From positions 15,686,001-15,750,000 of the forward strand of contig OU015567.1 in assembly GCA_907165135.1 (NCBI GenBank): a stretch of DNA of 64,000 nucleotides, in the 5' to 3' direction. Shown here in pieces: positions 24,720 through 38,772 of this stretch. The translations under genes were made by a program, and so were the position numbers. The notes below the pieces were generated by a model. It was not told the origin of the DNA. It searched no databases and was given only the letters and a program-made list of their open reading frames with translations. Numbering within the stretch: position 1 is the stretch's first letter; every line of letters starts with the position of its first letter. The stretch is from Oikopleura dioica. Its lineage: Eukaryota > Animalia > Chordata.

Positions 24720-27700
24720 TGGTATGAACAGTTCTCGATAATGCTTGATTTGAAGCTCCTGCGCGAGAGCTTGATTGATCGCTTCTTTTTCCTGGTCAGC
24801 GCCGTCGCTAGAATTTCAAATCAAGATTTAGCCGTTTTTTCAGAAAGAAAAAACATCTCGGACGAGAGACAGTTCGAAAGAAAAGCGACAGTTTTACACC
24901 TTTTCTGAAGGAATTATCATTTTGGATGAGACAGCCGAAGCAAAGAAATTCAAGCAAACAAACAACTTTTTAGAAATCAGGGAAAAAAGTTCAAATCTTG
25001 ACCAAAATTAATAAGCCGCTTGCGGCTTTCAATCTGCTTTTTAATACAAATTTTCATCTTTACAAAAAAGCCGCAATCGGCTTTTTCACAAATTTTCGTA
25101 TGTTGTAAAAACCGCGTGCGGCTTTTTCAGTTCATTTTATTTTTGATTCCGAAAACCTGTGTAGAAAACCTGAGTCAGGGCCTGAAAGATCTTCAGTGAA
25201 AAGCCGCGTAGCGGCTTTTAAAACGGAGCCGCGAAGCGGCTTCGCAAAAATTAGAAAAGAGATTGGAATACTTATTTTGCGAAGCCGCTTTGCGGCTTCG
25301 TTTCTAAAAGGCGCTACGCGGCTTTTCATGAGAATTATTTTAGACCCTAACTCTGGTTTTCTACACAGGTTGCCGAGCTTAGTTTCTTTATATTTTTTAA
25401 AAATCATTAAAATTGTAGTCATCTTTGTTCTGCTAAAATCAGCGAAATTCAACCCCAGTTTTCGTTTTTTCAAGCGTTGTTTTACAGAAGTACTTTGGTC
25501 CGTTGCGAAGTGAAGAGGTTAAAATTAGTTGACCGATAAAACGCGAAATAGAAAGCCGAAAAACGTTCTTTAGAAAAAGAATTATAATTATTCTGGTTAT
25601 TTTTACCTGCGAAGCTCGACGGGCGTATTGTTTATTCGACGGGGCAACTTGTCGACTTTTTATCGGTTCAAAAGAAAGTTGCTTTGTGGAACTTATCAAT
25701 TCGCCGCGGCGCGAATAATTCGCGCTTTCTACATCGCCTATCTTGTCCTTTTTCGTTAGAAAGACGCGTTTTTCTTTGTTTGCTTAAACTTTTGTTCTAA
25801 AGAAAAACACATTTTCAATTCGAGGAACTTAAGGGTATCACAAGCGAAATAATAACTTGTCAAAATTTTAAATCATAGAAGATGAACAATTATAAAACAA
25901 AAATAAGGGTGTGCACTTAAGAAATAAATGATTCCAAAAAGTCCTTTAGGGATGGTACACCCTTATTCCATTTTACTTTTTTTCACAAAAATTACTCAAA
26001 AACTTATTTTAAATAAAATTAGGGGCTTGCTCCTATAAAAATAACGCCAAAAATTAAGTTTAAAAATTAATGAGTAGATACCCTTAAAATTTTTGATTGG
26101 CAATCAAATTGATTGTGATAGCCAGGAAAAGCTAGAAACTCGTTTTTATTTAAATATTTTGCATAAAATATTTTTTCTTGAATTAAAAAGTTCATTTTCG
26201 GAGGGAAAAACTTAAGGGCATCCCTAGAAAAATGATGAAGCGTCCAAAGTTGACATAACCGTGAAAACTAAGAGCGCATCATTTGTAAAATTAATTTTGA
26301 GGAGCTCGAAAACTTTGTCTTCTTACGAGTTTATTCCGGATTCAAACGGCAATCGAAAATTGTTCAACTACGAAGAGCAATTAATTCGAAAGAAAACGTT
26401 TTTAATTATAATAATTTGTCTGTTCGTCAGTCCTCATCACTAATTGCTGCTTAGTAATTACGAGTTCCAGCTGATTAGGTAATTGAATTTGATTAAATGG
26501 CCAGGAAGCTAGCTTATTGTTCAATTAACCGGTATTTTTGATCGACAGATTAATTACGTGGGCGATAAACTAAATTCTGATTGGTCGAAAAATTTTAAAA
26601 AGTATTCTGATTGGCTCGAAATCTTGTAGTTTCGACAAATTGTAAAAACGGAGAAAATTCGCTTTTGAGCCAATCAGAATCCTGCATTTTGTTTTTGAAC
26701 CAATCAAAACCCAGATAGCCGCCAATGCATAGTATGAGCAATTTTTACAAAAATTCAGAGAAAATCTGACGTTTTTGCTTTTTAATTATTCTTAAAAATA
26801 ATTTAACAAAAATTATTACAGTTAATTCTTTTCAAAAAGAATTCCGGAGAACAGTCAATTTTGCTCAGCTTCTTTTTTAGTTGAGCTATTTTTATTGCTC
26901 CCTTGTTGGTATTCTCGAGATGCCTTTCTAAAAGCGCCCCAGAATGGCGATTGTCATTTGGCTTAAAATTCTGAACCGATTCCTTCGTGGCTGGAAAATG
27001 ACGCCGACAGATTCCTGCTGACTTTTGAGGCTGAATTTGGGGATCGAAAATCGATTACTTTGTATTTTTTGGGAGAGATCGAAAACCGCAGATAGGGCGA
27101 ATCAGGCATATAAATTTTGTTCGAAAACCCAAAGCGAACGCGAAGCGAAAGCGAAAAATTTTTCCAGCCAAAAAGCGAAGCGAAAGCGAAGCGAACGCCT
27201 ATCTTGCACAGCGAAGCGAAAGCGAATTCGCCAAGCGAAAAATTCGCCAAAAGCGAAAAATTCGCCAAAAGCGAAAATTCGACAAGAGTGAAAATTCGCA
27301 AAAAGCGAAAATTCGCCAAAAGCGAAAATTCGCCGAAAGCGAAAATTCGTTGAAAGCGAAAATTCGCCGAAATTGAAAGATAAATTTGAATAAAACGCGA
27401 TCTAATAAGATGAAAATTCGGCCCATTTTTCTAAGTTAGTTATATGACACAGTTTTGGAACGCCCAGAAGCTGAGCTTTCATTTGAGCCGTTTCCCGGTA
27501 CTAAAAAATTCGATTGAAGAGATCGAGTTCCGATTTCGGATCTTCCAGTCCCATGAATTGCCTTGACCCCTTCTTCATGGCTTCTTCTGGGCTTTCTAAA
27601 ACCGAGAATTTTTGAAGCCCTAAGTTAGGGCCCCTAATTAAGACTTTAATAGGCTGCCATTGATGATTGTAGCCCAGGCTCTGGCAGTCATTTTGAGCTC

Positions 27701-30700
27701 TAGAAAATAAGGGCGGGGGTGGGGTATCTAAATGCCTTCCAAAGTCATTTAATCGACGTTTATTCGTTCAAAACTGTTTATTATGTCGTTTGGGGTCAAA
27801 TGAGGTCACTCTAGGTCAAGAATAATTGAAAATTCAGAAAACTTTAATAAGTGACCCGACCTGACCTCAGATGACCCCAAATGACAATTTCAACAGTTTT
27901 AAATGAATAAAAATCAATAAAAAGACTTTTTGGAAAAAGTAATCAATTTCTGCCGAGTTCTCCGACTTCAAGAGCCCCTAGCTCCCCAGATACCCCACCC
28001 CCTCCCTTCTTTTCTAGAGCTCAAAACACAGCCAGAGTCTGGGCTAAATGGGTTTACATTCGAGTAAAGGTGGCAGCCTCTAAAAGTCTTAGTTCTTCAA
28101 AAATTCCCATTTCCGAAGTTGGCCAGATTTTGGGACTTCGGAGGAACCTAAATGCCATCAGATCACCCCCACCTATCAGTAGCCAAATGATCACCAACTT
28201 CTATGGGTTCTAAAACTTTATTAAACTCCTACCCTACTAAGCTTGACAAAAAGCTCAATCAAAGTGATTTCTCTATTAATAAAGCTTTGAAAGACAAAAA
28301 CGTAAGGTTCGGCGAAATATTGGCGAAAGCGAGAATTTGGCGAAATTTTGGCGAAAGCAAGGCCTTGGCGACAGCGAAATATTGGCGAAGATTTGCCAGA
28401 AGCGAAAATTTGGCGAAAGCGAGGCCTCGGCGAAAGCGAATTTTTGGCGAAAATCGGGGACAAAAAGCGAACATCAGGAGTGTCAATTTTCGATTCGCTT
28501 TCGCTTCGCTTTCGCTTTTGGCGAAAATCGCCAAGCGAATTTATATGCCTGGGGCGAATGAAAATGGGAAAAGAAAAGAGAGACGAGCTGGAGGGCTACT
28601 GATAAGGATGATAGAAATTTCGGTGAAATGAAGAGTCAAAGACATGGATGTCGCTAGAATTTAAAGCAGGAGCTCGTTTCTGGGGAGGTGTCTGGAACCG
28701 ACAAAAATATTTCGACAAATTTTGCGTGGAAATTTTAAACCAATCAGAAGCCTTGATTCGGCTAGCCGGCTAATCAGCAGCCGAGTAGCCGCCAACGCAA
28801 AATTTGTCGAAATTTTTTTGTCTGTTCCCGACGTCACCCCCTTATTTTTAGCCCATTTTGAATCCCAAATATGGGTTTGATTGGCAACCTGTGTAGAAAA
28901 CCTGAGTCAGGATTTAGCGAGAAACTAGATTGGAATAGCAATTTTCGAAGTGGAAACCTGAGGAGCGAACCTGAGTCAGGGTCCGAAATCGTCGCGGCTT
29001 TTTCTTAGCTCTTTCAGGACCCTGACTCAGGTCCCTGACTCAGGTTTTTTTTAAGCTTTTCGCTTTTAAAAAATAGGGTTTCCAATCTTAGTTATACCTG
29101 ACTCAGGTTTTCAACACAGGCTGCCAAGCCCAGTATATTAACCAGAATTCAGTGAACTAGATTATTCCAACTTTTTTGATCCCGATTAGCGAAAAGCATA
29201 GATCCAGTTTTGGAAAACGAGACATCCGGGGAGAGAATGCAAATGTTGACTCCAGCCGAGCTCTGAATAAACTGATCCTGCTTATTTTGGGCGTCTAAGC
29301 GACTTACTTGCAAGTTGGAAAGATTCGTCAGATTTGTCGGGGTGTGGTTCAGCACTAATCCAGAGTACGAGTACGTCCCTTCTGAGCCGCCAGTTGTCGA
29401 GTCCTTTTAGAAACAAAATTGTTAAAATTTCGGAAAATTCGTAAATTGTTCAAAAAGGCGCTTTATCTAAAGAGCTGGACATTCCGCCAGGGCGCGAACT
29501 TTTCAGATAAAATTTTTCAAGCCTTGAGAACTACTCACTCAAACGAAAGCTAGAAAATACTGCATATTTTAGATAAAAAAGAATTTTGACTCAAAAGAAC
29601 CTCAAATATTTACTGAATTAAATTTTAACAAACTAAAAATAATAAACAATTAATTCGATCTTAGGAATTAATTGAATTCTTTTTTGACCAATCAGAAGAT
29701 GAAAATCATGATTTTCACGAGAGCCAATCAAAATTCGTTTCGATAATAAGAGCGAATTTTGATTGGCTCTTGTGGACCCTAATAAACGATCAAAAAGCTA
29801 CGGCACGTTGGTTTTTTTAGTATTTCTGACTTCTGATTGGCCAATTAATCCCATATAGAGGCCCCAGTAGCGCTAACCCTAACCCTAACAGAAAAACCTT
29901 TTCAAGCTGGGCTTACCTTTAGCGGCACGATTCCGGATATTTTGTGGTATTCGGATTGATATGAAATGCGCGGCTTGCTAGATACAGTCACGGTCCTCCC
30001 TTTATTCGGAATTTCGAATGAACATTCCTTCCCCTCTAAATCCTCACTTCTAATCTCTTCTCCCTTTTAATTATTTCGCTAATTAAACCTTCCCTTTCTT
30101 AGACACGTTTTCCAATTTCTAACTTTTCAATTAAAGAAAAACTCTGAAAATCAACTGTATTTCCCGTGTGAGCCCCGCAAGCTGTGCAGAAAACCTGAGT
30201 CAGGTTTGAAGAGCTAAAAATTTATGAAAAGCCGCGTAGCGGCTTTTTCAAAGAAGAAACCGCGAAGCGGCTTTGCTATAATAATGCCGCTACGTGGCTA
30301 TTCATTTTAGCCCTTTCAGACCCTGACTCAGGTTGCCGAGCCGAATTTCCCTCTGCCGCAAAATATTTTCCTGTTACCGAGTTTCCGGAAGGAAGCTAAG
30401 TTCCTGCCTGTTCCACGGTCCTTTTGATTATCAATATTTGACCTCAGAATCGTAATTTCTCCTCTCATTCGGTTAACCACGGAACAGCTCAAACTCGACC
30501 GCCGAGGCACGTGGCCATTTGTGGCCAAAGTCGCCTAATTCTCTCTTTTTTCTTTTTGTTGAATTAGAATACTTTCGCCGCCAAAAATTTTGTCAGACGC
30601 GTTTGCGATCAATCGCCTTTCCCGAACTCGCGTAATTTTTGTAATCGTCCTTATCTGATGCCGAATTGAGCGCTGTTCGCTCAGGATTTTAGAAATTCGA

Positions 30701-31121
30701 AAATCGGCAATTTTTCGAAAAAAAATGATTCAAAAACGTGTCTAAAAATAGGGACTGCGGAAACTGAGATTTCCCGAGAAAAAAGCCGCGCGCGGTTTTT
30801 CGACTCAAAAATGAGCTTTTTTGAGGTGCCGCGCGCGGCTTTTTTGGACAAATTCTCCACATTCTTCTTCTTCTTATTTTTGAAATTCCGTTCCTGGACC
30901 ACTGTCGGATTCGAGTAATTCAGCTGTTCTTGGAACGTCGGAAGGCGTTTTCTGAAATAATTCAAAATTATTTGATTGATAAGCTTGATTTGAAGCGGAT
31001 TGAGTAACAACAGTTCTTTGGGCTTTCCGGAGACGGACGCGAATTGTATTAGGCCAGAAGTGGTCACTGCTAACTCAATTCTAGCGTTCATTAACTGACG
31101 CAACTCTTTTTGCATCATCAT
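24720..31121 (-). CDS. Probable multi-exon gene of unknown function with MITE-filled introns (boundaries uncertain)
   Basis: GC-richer open segments, most with AG/GT boundaries, at ~24720-24808, ~25607-25760, ~26900-27045, ~29150-29405, ~29917-30036, ~30860-30952 and ~31000-31121 (e.g. ..SANYSRRGELISSTKQLSFEPIKSRQVAPSNKQYARRASQ|GT). Confidence 0.4.
27103..28551. mobile_element. hAT-like non-autonomous transposon with GCGAAA subterminal arrays
   Basis: 8-bp TSD GGGCGAAT; TIR CAGGCATATAAATT / AATTTATATGCCTG; dozens of GCGAA motifs at both ends. Confidence 0.88.
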
Positions 31122-34046
31122 TATTCCACAAGCCAGTTTTTTTCCACCAAAGAAGCGGGGGTGAATAAGAATTCTGAATTTTTATTGATCTAAAAATTCT
31201 GATTTCTGATTGGTCAGAAAATCATAACAGCGCCATCTTCTTGATTTGTTTTTCCACAAAGAAGATTTTCTCAGAAAAATGGGTTTTATGGAAAATTTTC
31301 TTGAAAAAAAATTGGCCAATAAGAAACGGAATTTTTTGGGAAAATATAAGATCGGATTTTTGGGAATTTCAAAATTCAAAAATGTTTCTTTTTCTTCGAT
31401 TTTTTTGACGGAACTTTTAGCTCAACTAATCCCGATTTGCAAAATACTGTCAGAAAAGTTCCGCTGTATTCAAAATAGCCAGCACTGCTGATTTGGTACA
31501 ATTAATGTGAGCGCAAAATAATTATCCGCCCGATTTTTTGAAAAATAAAGAATTTATTCGACCCCACCTTGATTTTTTTAAAATGAATTGTTTCAAAAAT
31601 GCTCTTTTGTTTTGAGTTTTTAGAAAGGACTTAGAAAAATGAACATTTCCGAAAAATGGAAAAAAAAAGAAAAAGATGTTCCGCGTAATCCGGTTCCTAG
31701 ATAACCGCTAAGGACGTTTTTAGAGCTTTTTTTTTGAGCACGTTTTTGGGGAAGTTAAAAATAAGGGAATAACCGTCTTTATTGCTAGATAAGCTGACCA
31801 CCCCCTTCGCGAAATTTATCAAATGAAGTCACTTTTTTTAAAAATATTTTGAATTTCGAAAAAACGCCCCTCAAGAAATGTATTTTTTGGTGACAAGTCC
31901 TTGGAGGTATGACGCTGCGGCGAAAACGGATAGCTTATCCATTGACGGCCGTTTGCAAATATTTTATAAAAGTGAAGGGGCGAGCCCAGTTTCCAAACAA
32001 CATTAGCAAGGAGATGAGCTGCTCGCTCCCCTCCCCAAGTAGCTACTTATCGCTACCACTGCCATCTCCACTAGGGCACGAAAAAATACGGACTTTGCTG
32101 GTTTTTTCTTGTTTTAAGAGCTCGGCGACCTGTGCACAAAACCTGAGTCAGGGTACGAATAAAGAAGTTGGCTTTTCCAAAATTTTTAAACAATATTGAA
32201 ATTAGCCGCTTTGCGGCTTCGTTTTCAAAAAGCCGCAAGGCGGCTTTAATTGATATTCTATTTGTACCCTGACTCAGGTTTTCTTCACAGGTTGCGGAAC
32301 TTAGCTTTTAAGCTGGCATTGCTTTACCCTCACCTTCTAGATTGGGCAACGTGTGTAAGAAACCTGAGTCAGGGTCAAAAAATATCGAAGCGGTTTTTTA
32401 TTGGAGATCTTTTCAACCGTGACTCAGGTTTCTTACACAGGTTGCCGAACTTAGAAATTATGGTGATGGTAAAGTAAGTTAAAAAAAGCTTAAACCTGTG
32501 TAGAAAATCTGAGTCAGGGTAAGAAAAGAGCATTTATTAAAGCCGCCTTGCGGTTTTTTTTAAAACGAAGCCGCAAAGCGGCTAATTTTAATATTCTTCT
32601 TAAAATTTCCTTTTTCGTACCCTGACTCAGGTTTTCTGCACAGGTTGCCGAGCCTAGCATAATCTTTCTCCCTGAAAGTCTCACTTTTTTCACACTTCTT
32701 TCGCCTGAAAGAATAAAACCAAAAGCCCCTTAATCATGCGACCTCTAATCATTTGAACTTATAAATCGAAAGTCAAGTCCCTTGATCATTAATAAATGCT
32801 GGCGTAAATACTCGACCCTCGTCGCCTCATTTCAAGAATGCGCCAAAACATCAATCATTAGTAATGATTCATTACACAGTGGATTAGAAACCTCAAGACA
32901 TTTTTGAATTGAACTTTTTTCGCCGCGGAAAAGAATTAAAAAGGCCAAATATTTTAAAAATTAATAAATTATAATCCGAATTGAAGTCGTCAGCCTTGTA
33001 AGAAATAAATACCAGCTACGTAATCGATTATTTGAGTATTTGGGATCAGCCAAAGCAGGGAGAACTTTGGGACGGGTAACAGGACATTTACGGGACTTGA
33101 TTTCAAATAAAACGAAAAAAATGAAAAAAGGGGTGGCCATTTTAACGGATTTTCTATTAAGAAAACTGGTTTTTGACTCGAAAATCCGTTAAAAAAGCGG
33201 TTTTATAGAAAATTTTGGTGGGAACTGAGCTCAGCAACTTATGTAGAAAACCTGAGTCAGGGTCTGAAGAGCTGAAATGAAGAACTGCGTAGCGGCATTC
33301 AAAATTAAAGCCGCAAAGCGGCTTCGCAATAAATCCATTTCTATCTATTTTATGGTTTCTTGCAAAGCCGCTTCGCGGCTTTGTTCTGAAAAAGCCGCGA
33401 TGCGGCTTTTCATTTGAGGTCTTTCAGACCCTGACTCAGGTTTTCTTCTCGACCCTATTTTAAATTTTTTTCGAAAAATAATTGGCCGTCTCCAGAAAAA
33501 GAAAAAAAGGAGGTTGAAAAGCGATCCGCCAGTTTGAAAGCGATAGAGAGTAAAATTACTTACGAAAATGGTGCCGGTAATTGATTTCTTGAGCTGTGTG
33601 GAGCTCAGATTCGGGAGAAAGTTGATGCCGCCGAGTTGACTCTGATTGCAGGATTTTCTATGTCTTTCTAGGGTTGATTCCAATGTACAAGGGAAATACT
33701 TTTCAGTGGGAGTGATACTTTCATTGATCGTGTTATTTTAGAATTTACTTTTTTGAGGGAAAAAAAAAACCAAATTTTTTTTACGAAGAAAATCGTAAAA
33801 ATCGTTGATGGCGGCTATTCATGCTCTTATTTGACCCCAAGGCCTGATCAGACTTCTGATTGGCTAAGATAAATTTTGCATTATTTTCCCTTTTTTCGAG
33901 ATATAAATCCAATTTGGCCGAGTTTTGAATAATCCAAATTCAAAATTACAAATTCAAAATATTCAAGTGCTCTCAAAATCATCAAGAAATTAGAAACTTC
34001 CGTAAAATTCCCTTTTCCGAAATTTCCCCGAAAAATCTGACCTTAA

Positions 34047-34633
34047 CCCCTGCCCGCATGAAAAATTTGTCAACCCTGCCCGCATATCGACCTACGCGTA
34101 GGTCGGGCCTTTTTGGGGTCTTTTAGTCGGGATAAAATTTTCCAAAAGACATGGATGGAAAGATTAAAGGCTGAGCTTTCTCCTGGACAGGATCAAATGT
34201 CAAATGTCAGATGTCAAATGTCAACAAATGTCATCTTTTCAAAAGTACTCATTTTTGATAAAAAGAATAAGTCGTCAGCGCTCCAAATCTCGTCTAAAAT
34301 AAATTTAAATATTTTCATGCAGTCATAAATACAGTAAAAATTTAGAATTCCGAACTTATATTATCTACTGAGCATTAATTTGATCAAATAGATCTTGCCG
34401 AGAACAGTTGAATCAAAGTTGGGTTTTGTCATGTTGACCCGAGATCAAAATTTCGCTCAATTGCTAAAATCTTAAATCTTTGAATAAATTTTATTTTGAC
34501 CTTAGATCCTGATTCTCCATTAAAAAGTAGCCCGATATGTAGGGGTCAGCTTTATAGAAAATATTTACCAATCGCGAGATAATCGCGTTTAAAAGTCAAT
34601 TTACCTACGCGTAGGTCGATATGCGGGCAGGGG
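34047..34633. mobile_element. piggyBac-like MITE
   Basis: TTAA TSD; TIR CCCCTGCCCGCAT / ATGCGGGCAGGGG; subterminal palindrome ACCTACGCGTAGGT near both ends. Confidence 0.82.
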
Positions 34634-36329
34634 TTAAATTTCCCAAATTCCAACAACCAATCTTATCAAAAAACGACTGTAACTTAAATTCTAGCGCTAG
34701 CTGTCATTTTTTGTCATTTCTCATGTTTTTTTTCCCGAATTTCTCGTCTCCAATCGAGTTTGTTTTAAAATTTAAAAACAGGTGCTTGTCAGAAAAGTTC
34801 ACAGAAAATTTTAAAGCAACTGTATTTCTCAAAAACCTGGACGATATTTTGAGAAATTACCTTTCTCAAGTACGTTTGGGACCCTTTTTTCGAGAGTCCT
34901 TTTGGCTAATTCGCCGCTTTGGTCTCTAATTCGTCGCGGAAACTGGATGAACGTCTTGAACTCTTGAAACCAATTTTGGTTTTTAATCTCGCGCCTTATC
35001 CAAGCGCGGTGGAGTTAGCTCATCCTTTAAATTTCCCCATTAATCTCGATTCCTCCCGACTTTGCGGCTCTTTCAGCTTTAACGACTACCCTTTTTCTTC
35101 TCCTGTTTTCCTCACATGCAAAAATACTACCCAACTCCCCTCGCAGCAGCAGGGGAAAAAAGCTGATAACAAAAGTGCTTTGGGGGAATACTTACGAAAA
35201 AAAATGATAAGAAAAAAATTCGGAAAAATATTATTTCTTATAAACTATTTTTCTTGGCTCGACAACCTGTCTAGAAAACCTAAGTCAGGTTCTGAAAAAG
35301 TTAAGACGAAAAGCCGCATAGCGGCTTTAAAAAAAGAAGCCGCAAAACTTAAAAATAGATGAGATCACAAAATTTGCAAGGCCGCTTCGCGGCTTCGTTT
35401 ATAAAAAAGCCGCTTTGCGATTTTTCTTTTTAGCTCTTTCAGGGCCTAACTCAGGTTTTTCACTCAGGTCGCCGAGCCCTGAATCATTTCCTACTGATTA
35501 TTTTTCTCAAAACTTTTCACGGTTGTTTCCTAAATTTACGCCTCCACGTCGTTTTTCCCTTAAATTTCTCGCGTTGGAAATCTCCCGGACTTGACTGTCA
35601 GCTCGTTGGAACAAACGTGTCCGTTCCGCCGTCCTGACAAAGGTCGGAAATGTCCTCCCACGAGATTCTCCAGCGTTTTTTTATCAGCCCAGATTCAACC
35701 TTTCTTTTTTTGGCTGTTGCTCGTTTTTTCTCGTTTGCGTACTTTTTCGTTTCGATAAAGGAATTAGTGTCACGTTTCTAAAGATAAAAAAAGACCCGTT
35801 TTTGGTTTAAAAAAAGAACGGTGACGAAATAAGATATTTTTTGGACTCAAAAAAGACGCGAAAATGTTATCGCCAAAAAGCCACATGGGAAAATAGGCGA
35901 TAAGAAAAAGCCAATTTTCGTAACTTGACTTCGATTTTCTAAAGATAATGTCGTTTTCAGCCACTTTAGTTCGGTAATTTCTTCACTTTCTATTTTTTTC
36001 TATTTTGCCCTAATCTAAGAAAATCCTCAAGTGGGGATTCTGAGGATCGAGCAAAGTGCCAAAGCGCGAAACAAGTTTTTAACTGGACCAACGAGGAACA
36101 TCTTATTTTACTTAGTAATCGGGGTTTGAGCAGTTAATGTCCACTGAAAATCAAATTGTAAGTAATGACTGGTATTTTTGGAGAAAAGAAGGTCAAAAAT
36201 GAAATTCGAACCGACCCCGGCGAAGTGGAAAATATTTGCTTTGGACATGAAAATAGACGCTGTATCGCATTTTTTCAGCATTTTTCTGAAAAATCACCGG
36301 GTAGAGAAGTTTGAAGAAAAGTAGGGAAA

Positions 36330-38111
36330 ATGTCGATGATCGATACGGTCATTAATGAGCGATACAAAGTGATAGAAGAGATCAAACCGCCTAGAGATGG
36401 GAAAATTTACTTGCTCGTGGAGGACTTGAAAGAAAGTAAGTAGAAACGCAAACAGTATCTAACTCTTACAATTATTGAAGAAGACGAATACGGCGATAAT
36501 TTTAAAAGAATGCTGAAAGGAATATTTCTTTTTGGGGAAAAAGAGCGCGAAGAGGCAGGGCTAGAAGTTGATCTTCTCAAGCAACTTGTTAAGGTTCCTA
36601 ATAATATTGCTTTTACCAGTACATTTATGTTGGTAAATAAAAGTGAACCGACAGAAAGACCACCCAAATGTTATAAAGCTCTATGACGATTTTGAGTTTA
36701 CAAGTCCGGAGAATTATCAATATCACGCGATGATTCTCGAATATATGGAAGATGGGAATTTGGCTGATTATTGCAAGAAAAAACTTGAAGAAGATTCAGA
36801 CGGAGAGGAAGAATTTGCGCTGACTGTTTCAGCTCAATTGGTTTGCGCGTTAGGTAAGTCGTGATAAACGAAAAAGAAAGAAATTATAAAGAAATGATGC
36901 ATAATAAGTCGTTTGTCATATTCAAATTTTTCAGATCACATTCACGATCAAAACATTATCCACAGAGATGTCAAGCCGGAGAATGTAATGCTGGATTACA
37001 AAACGGTATCAAATCGTCATTTTAGGCTAAGCTAGCAGATTTCAACATCTCTCGTGCAGCTGAAGGAACAGTGACAACTAACGTCGCTGGAACACCTGAT
37101 TATTTACCCCCGGAAGCGATTAAAAATCCTGAAAGTGAGAAACTTTGCTTTCGAAGAGACATGTGGGGCCTCGGAATCATTTTTCAAATGCTTTGCACTT
37201 TTAGGATCAGCTCAAAATAAAGATAATGATTTTCTTCTTTGAAAAATATATTTCAACTGAGAAAAGGCATCCCTTCGCCGGCAAAAATTCGTTTGAGACA
37301 ATGATGAACATCGTTAACAATAAACGAACACCAGCTGAAGTAGCTTTTCCGTCGATGGAGAGTCTTATCAAGCAATGCCTCGTCCCGGAAATCAGCGAAA
37401 GAGTCGAAAGTGCATCCGCGCTGATGAAACATCCGTCTCTTTACAGCCTGATCGAGCAGCTCAACAATGGAATTGAACCCCATGATTTGGAATTTGGAAA
37501 AAATCGAGTAGAAACTTTGGAGATTGTCAATGAATATTTAAAAGATGAAAGCGATGAACTCAAGGAGGAAAAATCATCTCTACAAGATCGACTCGAAAAT
37601 CTGTGGAAAATTGGGATTGGCCATTACTACGGTTTGGACAGTGACGACGTGCGAGATGAACACTCAGAGACTGATGTTCGAAGCATTCTAAAGGCAATCG
37701 ACAACGGCGGCGTGCGAAAGATAAATTTGAAGGAATTGGATAAAATCGCATTTTTTTAGTTTTTTGATTTTTTTTTCGATGCTATTTTCATCCAAAATAA
37801 AGTTTGTAAACGACAAAAATTTAGAAGTGTCAGAAGCTGGCTGGACAATCCGACATCAAACGTGGCACGAAGACTACGGCGGCGACGGCTTCTGGAAAAT
37901 GTGGATTCTTTTCAACGGTATTGATTGTTGAATTTGAGATTTTTATTTTTTAGGAAAACGCGTCGACTTTCAAGCCGACGCGGACGATATTGGCTATGGA
38001 ACTGGGAACAGCTACAACTCGGCGAAGAAGTTGACGCCGGATTCACAAGGAATGGTTAAACTCAAAGGAGACTCTGCTTTTGTCCGCTGGAATATTACAA
38101 TCAGAACATGA
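36330..38111 (+). CDS. Ser/Thr protein kinase (paralog 2) + coiled coil + conserved C-terminal module
   Basis: MSMIDTVINERYKVIEEIKPPRDGKIYLLV..RMLK..DHPNVIKLYD..MILEYMEDGNL..HRDVKPENVML..AKLADFNISR..GTPDYLPPE..DMWGLGIIF..RHPF..VRWNITIRT*. GA-AG introns at 37205-37266 and 37733-37802. Confidence 0.9.
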
Positions 38112-38287
38112 CTTTGTAATACCTTTGGACTGTACATAAATTAATTATAATTGATTCAAATATAGTTAAAAAATCCTAGTAATTGCAAATTACTGCAAGC
38201 AAAATGAAAAAATAATCGAAGAAAAAAATAATTTTGATTACGATCAATCTCAAAAAAAATTAATTGCCAATACTACTCGTCATTTAA

Positions 38288-38772
38288 CCCTTTGGGCGCA
38301 CGTGGCGTTTTTAAACGCCACGAGGACTTTGGCGGGGCATTTCTCTTAAAATTTCTCGACGGATAGATAAAATTTTTATTTTTCTGAAAAGTTCGGACAT
38401 TTTTCTATAAACTGATCATTTAAAACTATGATTTTTACGAGAAGAACTTGTTCTAAAATCGAAAAGAAAAAGTCTGACTCGTCCAAAATAGGCGTTACTC
38501 ACGCGCTTTTCCCTTCAAAGAGGGAAAACAGAGGGAGAGCGCGCGGCGCCGTCCTGTTTTTGGTCAATCTTCAGTGGCTATTTACAGTTATTTCCGACGG
38601 AGATAAAAGATAAAATTGGCATCAATGGATAGCCCAAACGATTTTCTATCAATAAGTTTTTTCAAAGTAAGAGAAATGAATTAAGAAATGCTTCAAAATC
38701 GAGAAAAACTTCGTGGCGTTTTAAAACGCCACGCGTTTGCCAACGCACAGGGCCAGGCTCGCGCCCAATGAG
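38288..38772. mobile_element. piggyBac-like MITE
   Basis: TTAA on both sides; imperfect TIR CCCTTTGGGCGC / GCGCCCAATGAG; subterminal palindromes CGTGGCGTTTT(T/A)AAACGCCACG at both ends. Confidence 0.7.

Noticed and set aside
26963-28631. Overlapping ORFs rich in A/K/S/E/F/R
   Set aside because: They are translations of GCGAAA subterminal repeats of a hAT-like element.
37840-38111. Diversity-generating retroelement as source of the variable loops
   Set aside because: No reverse transcriptase or template repeat is visible; differences involve all bases and an indel and are not adenine-specific.
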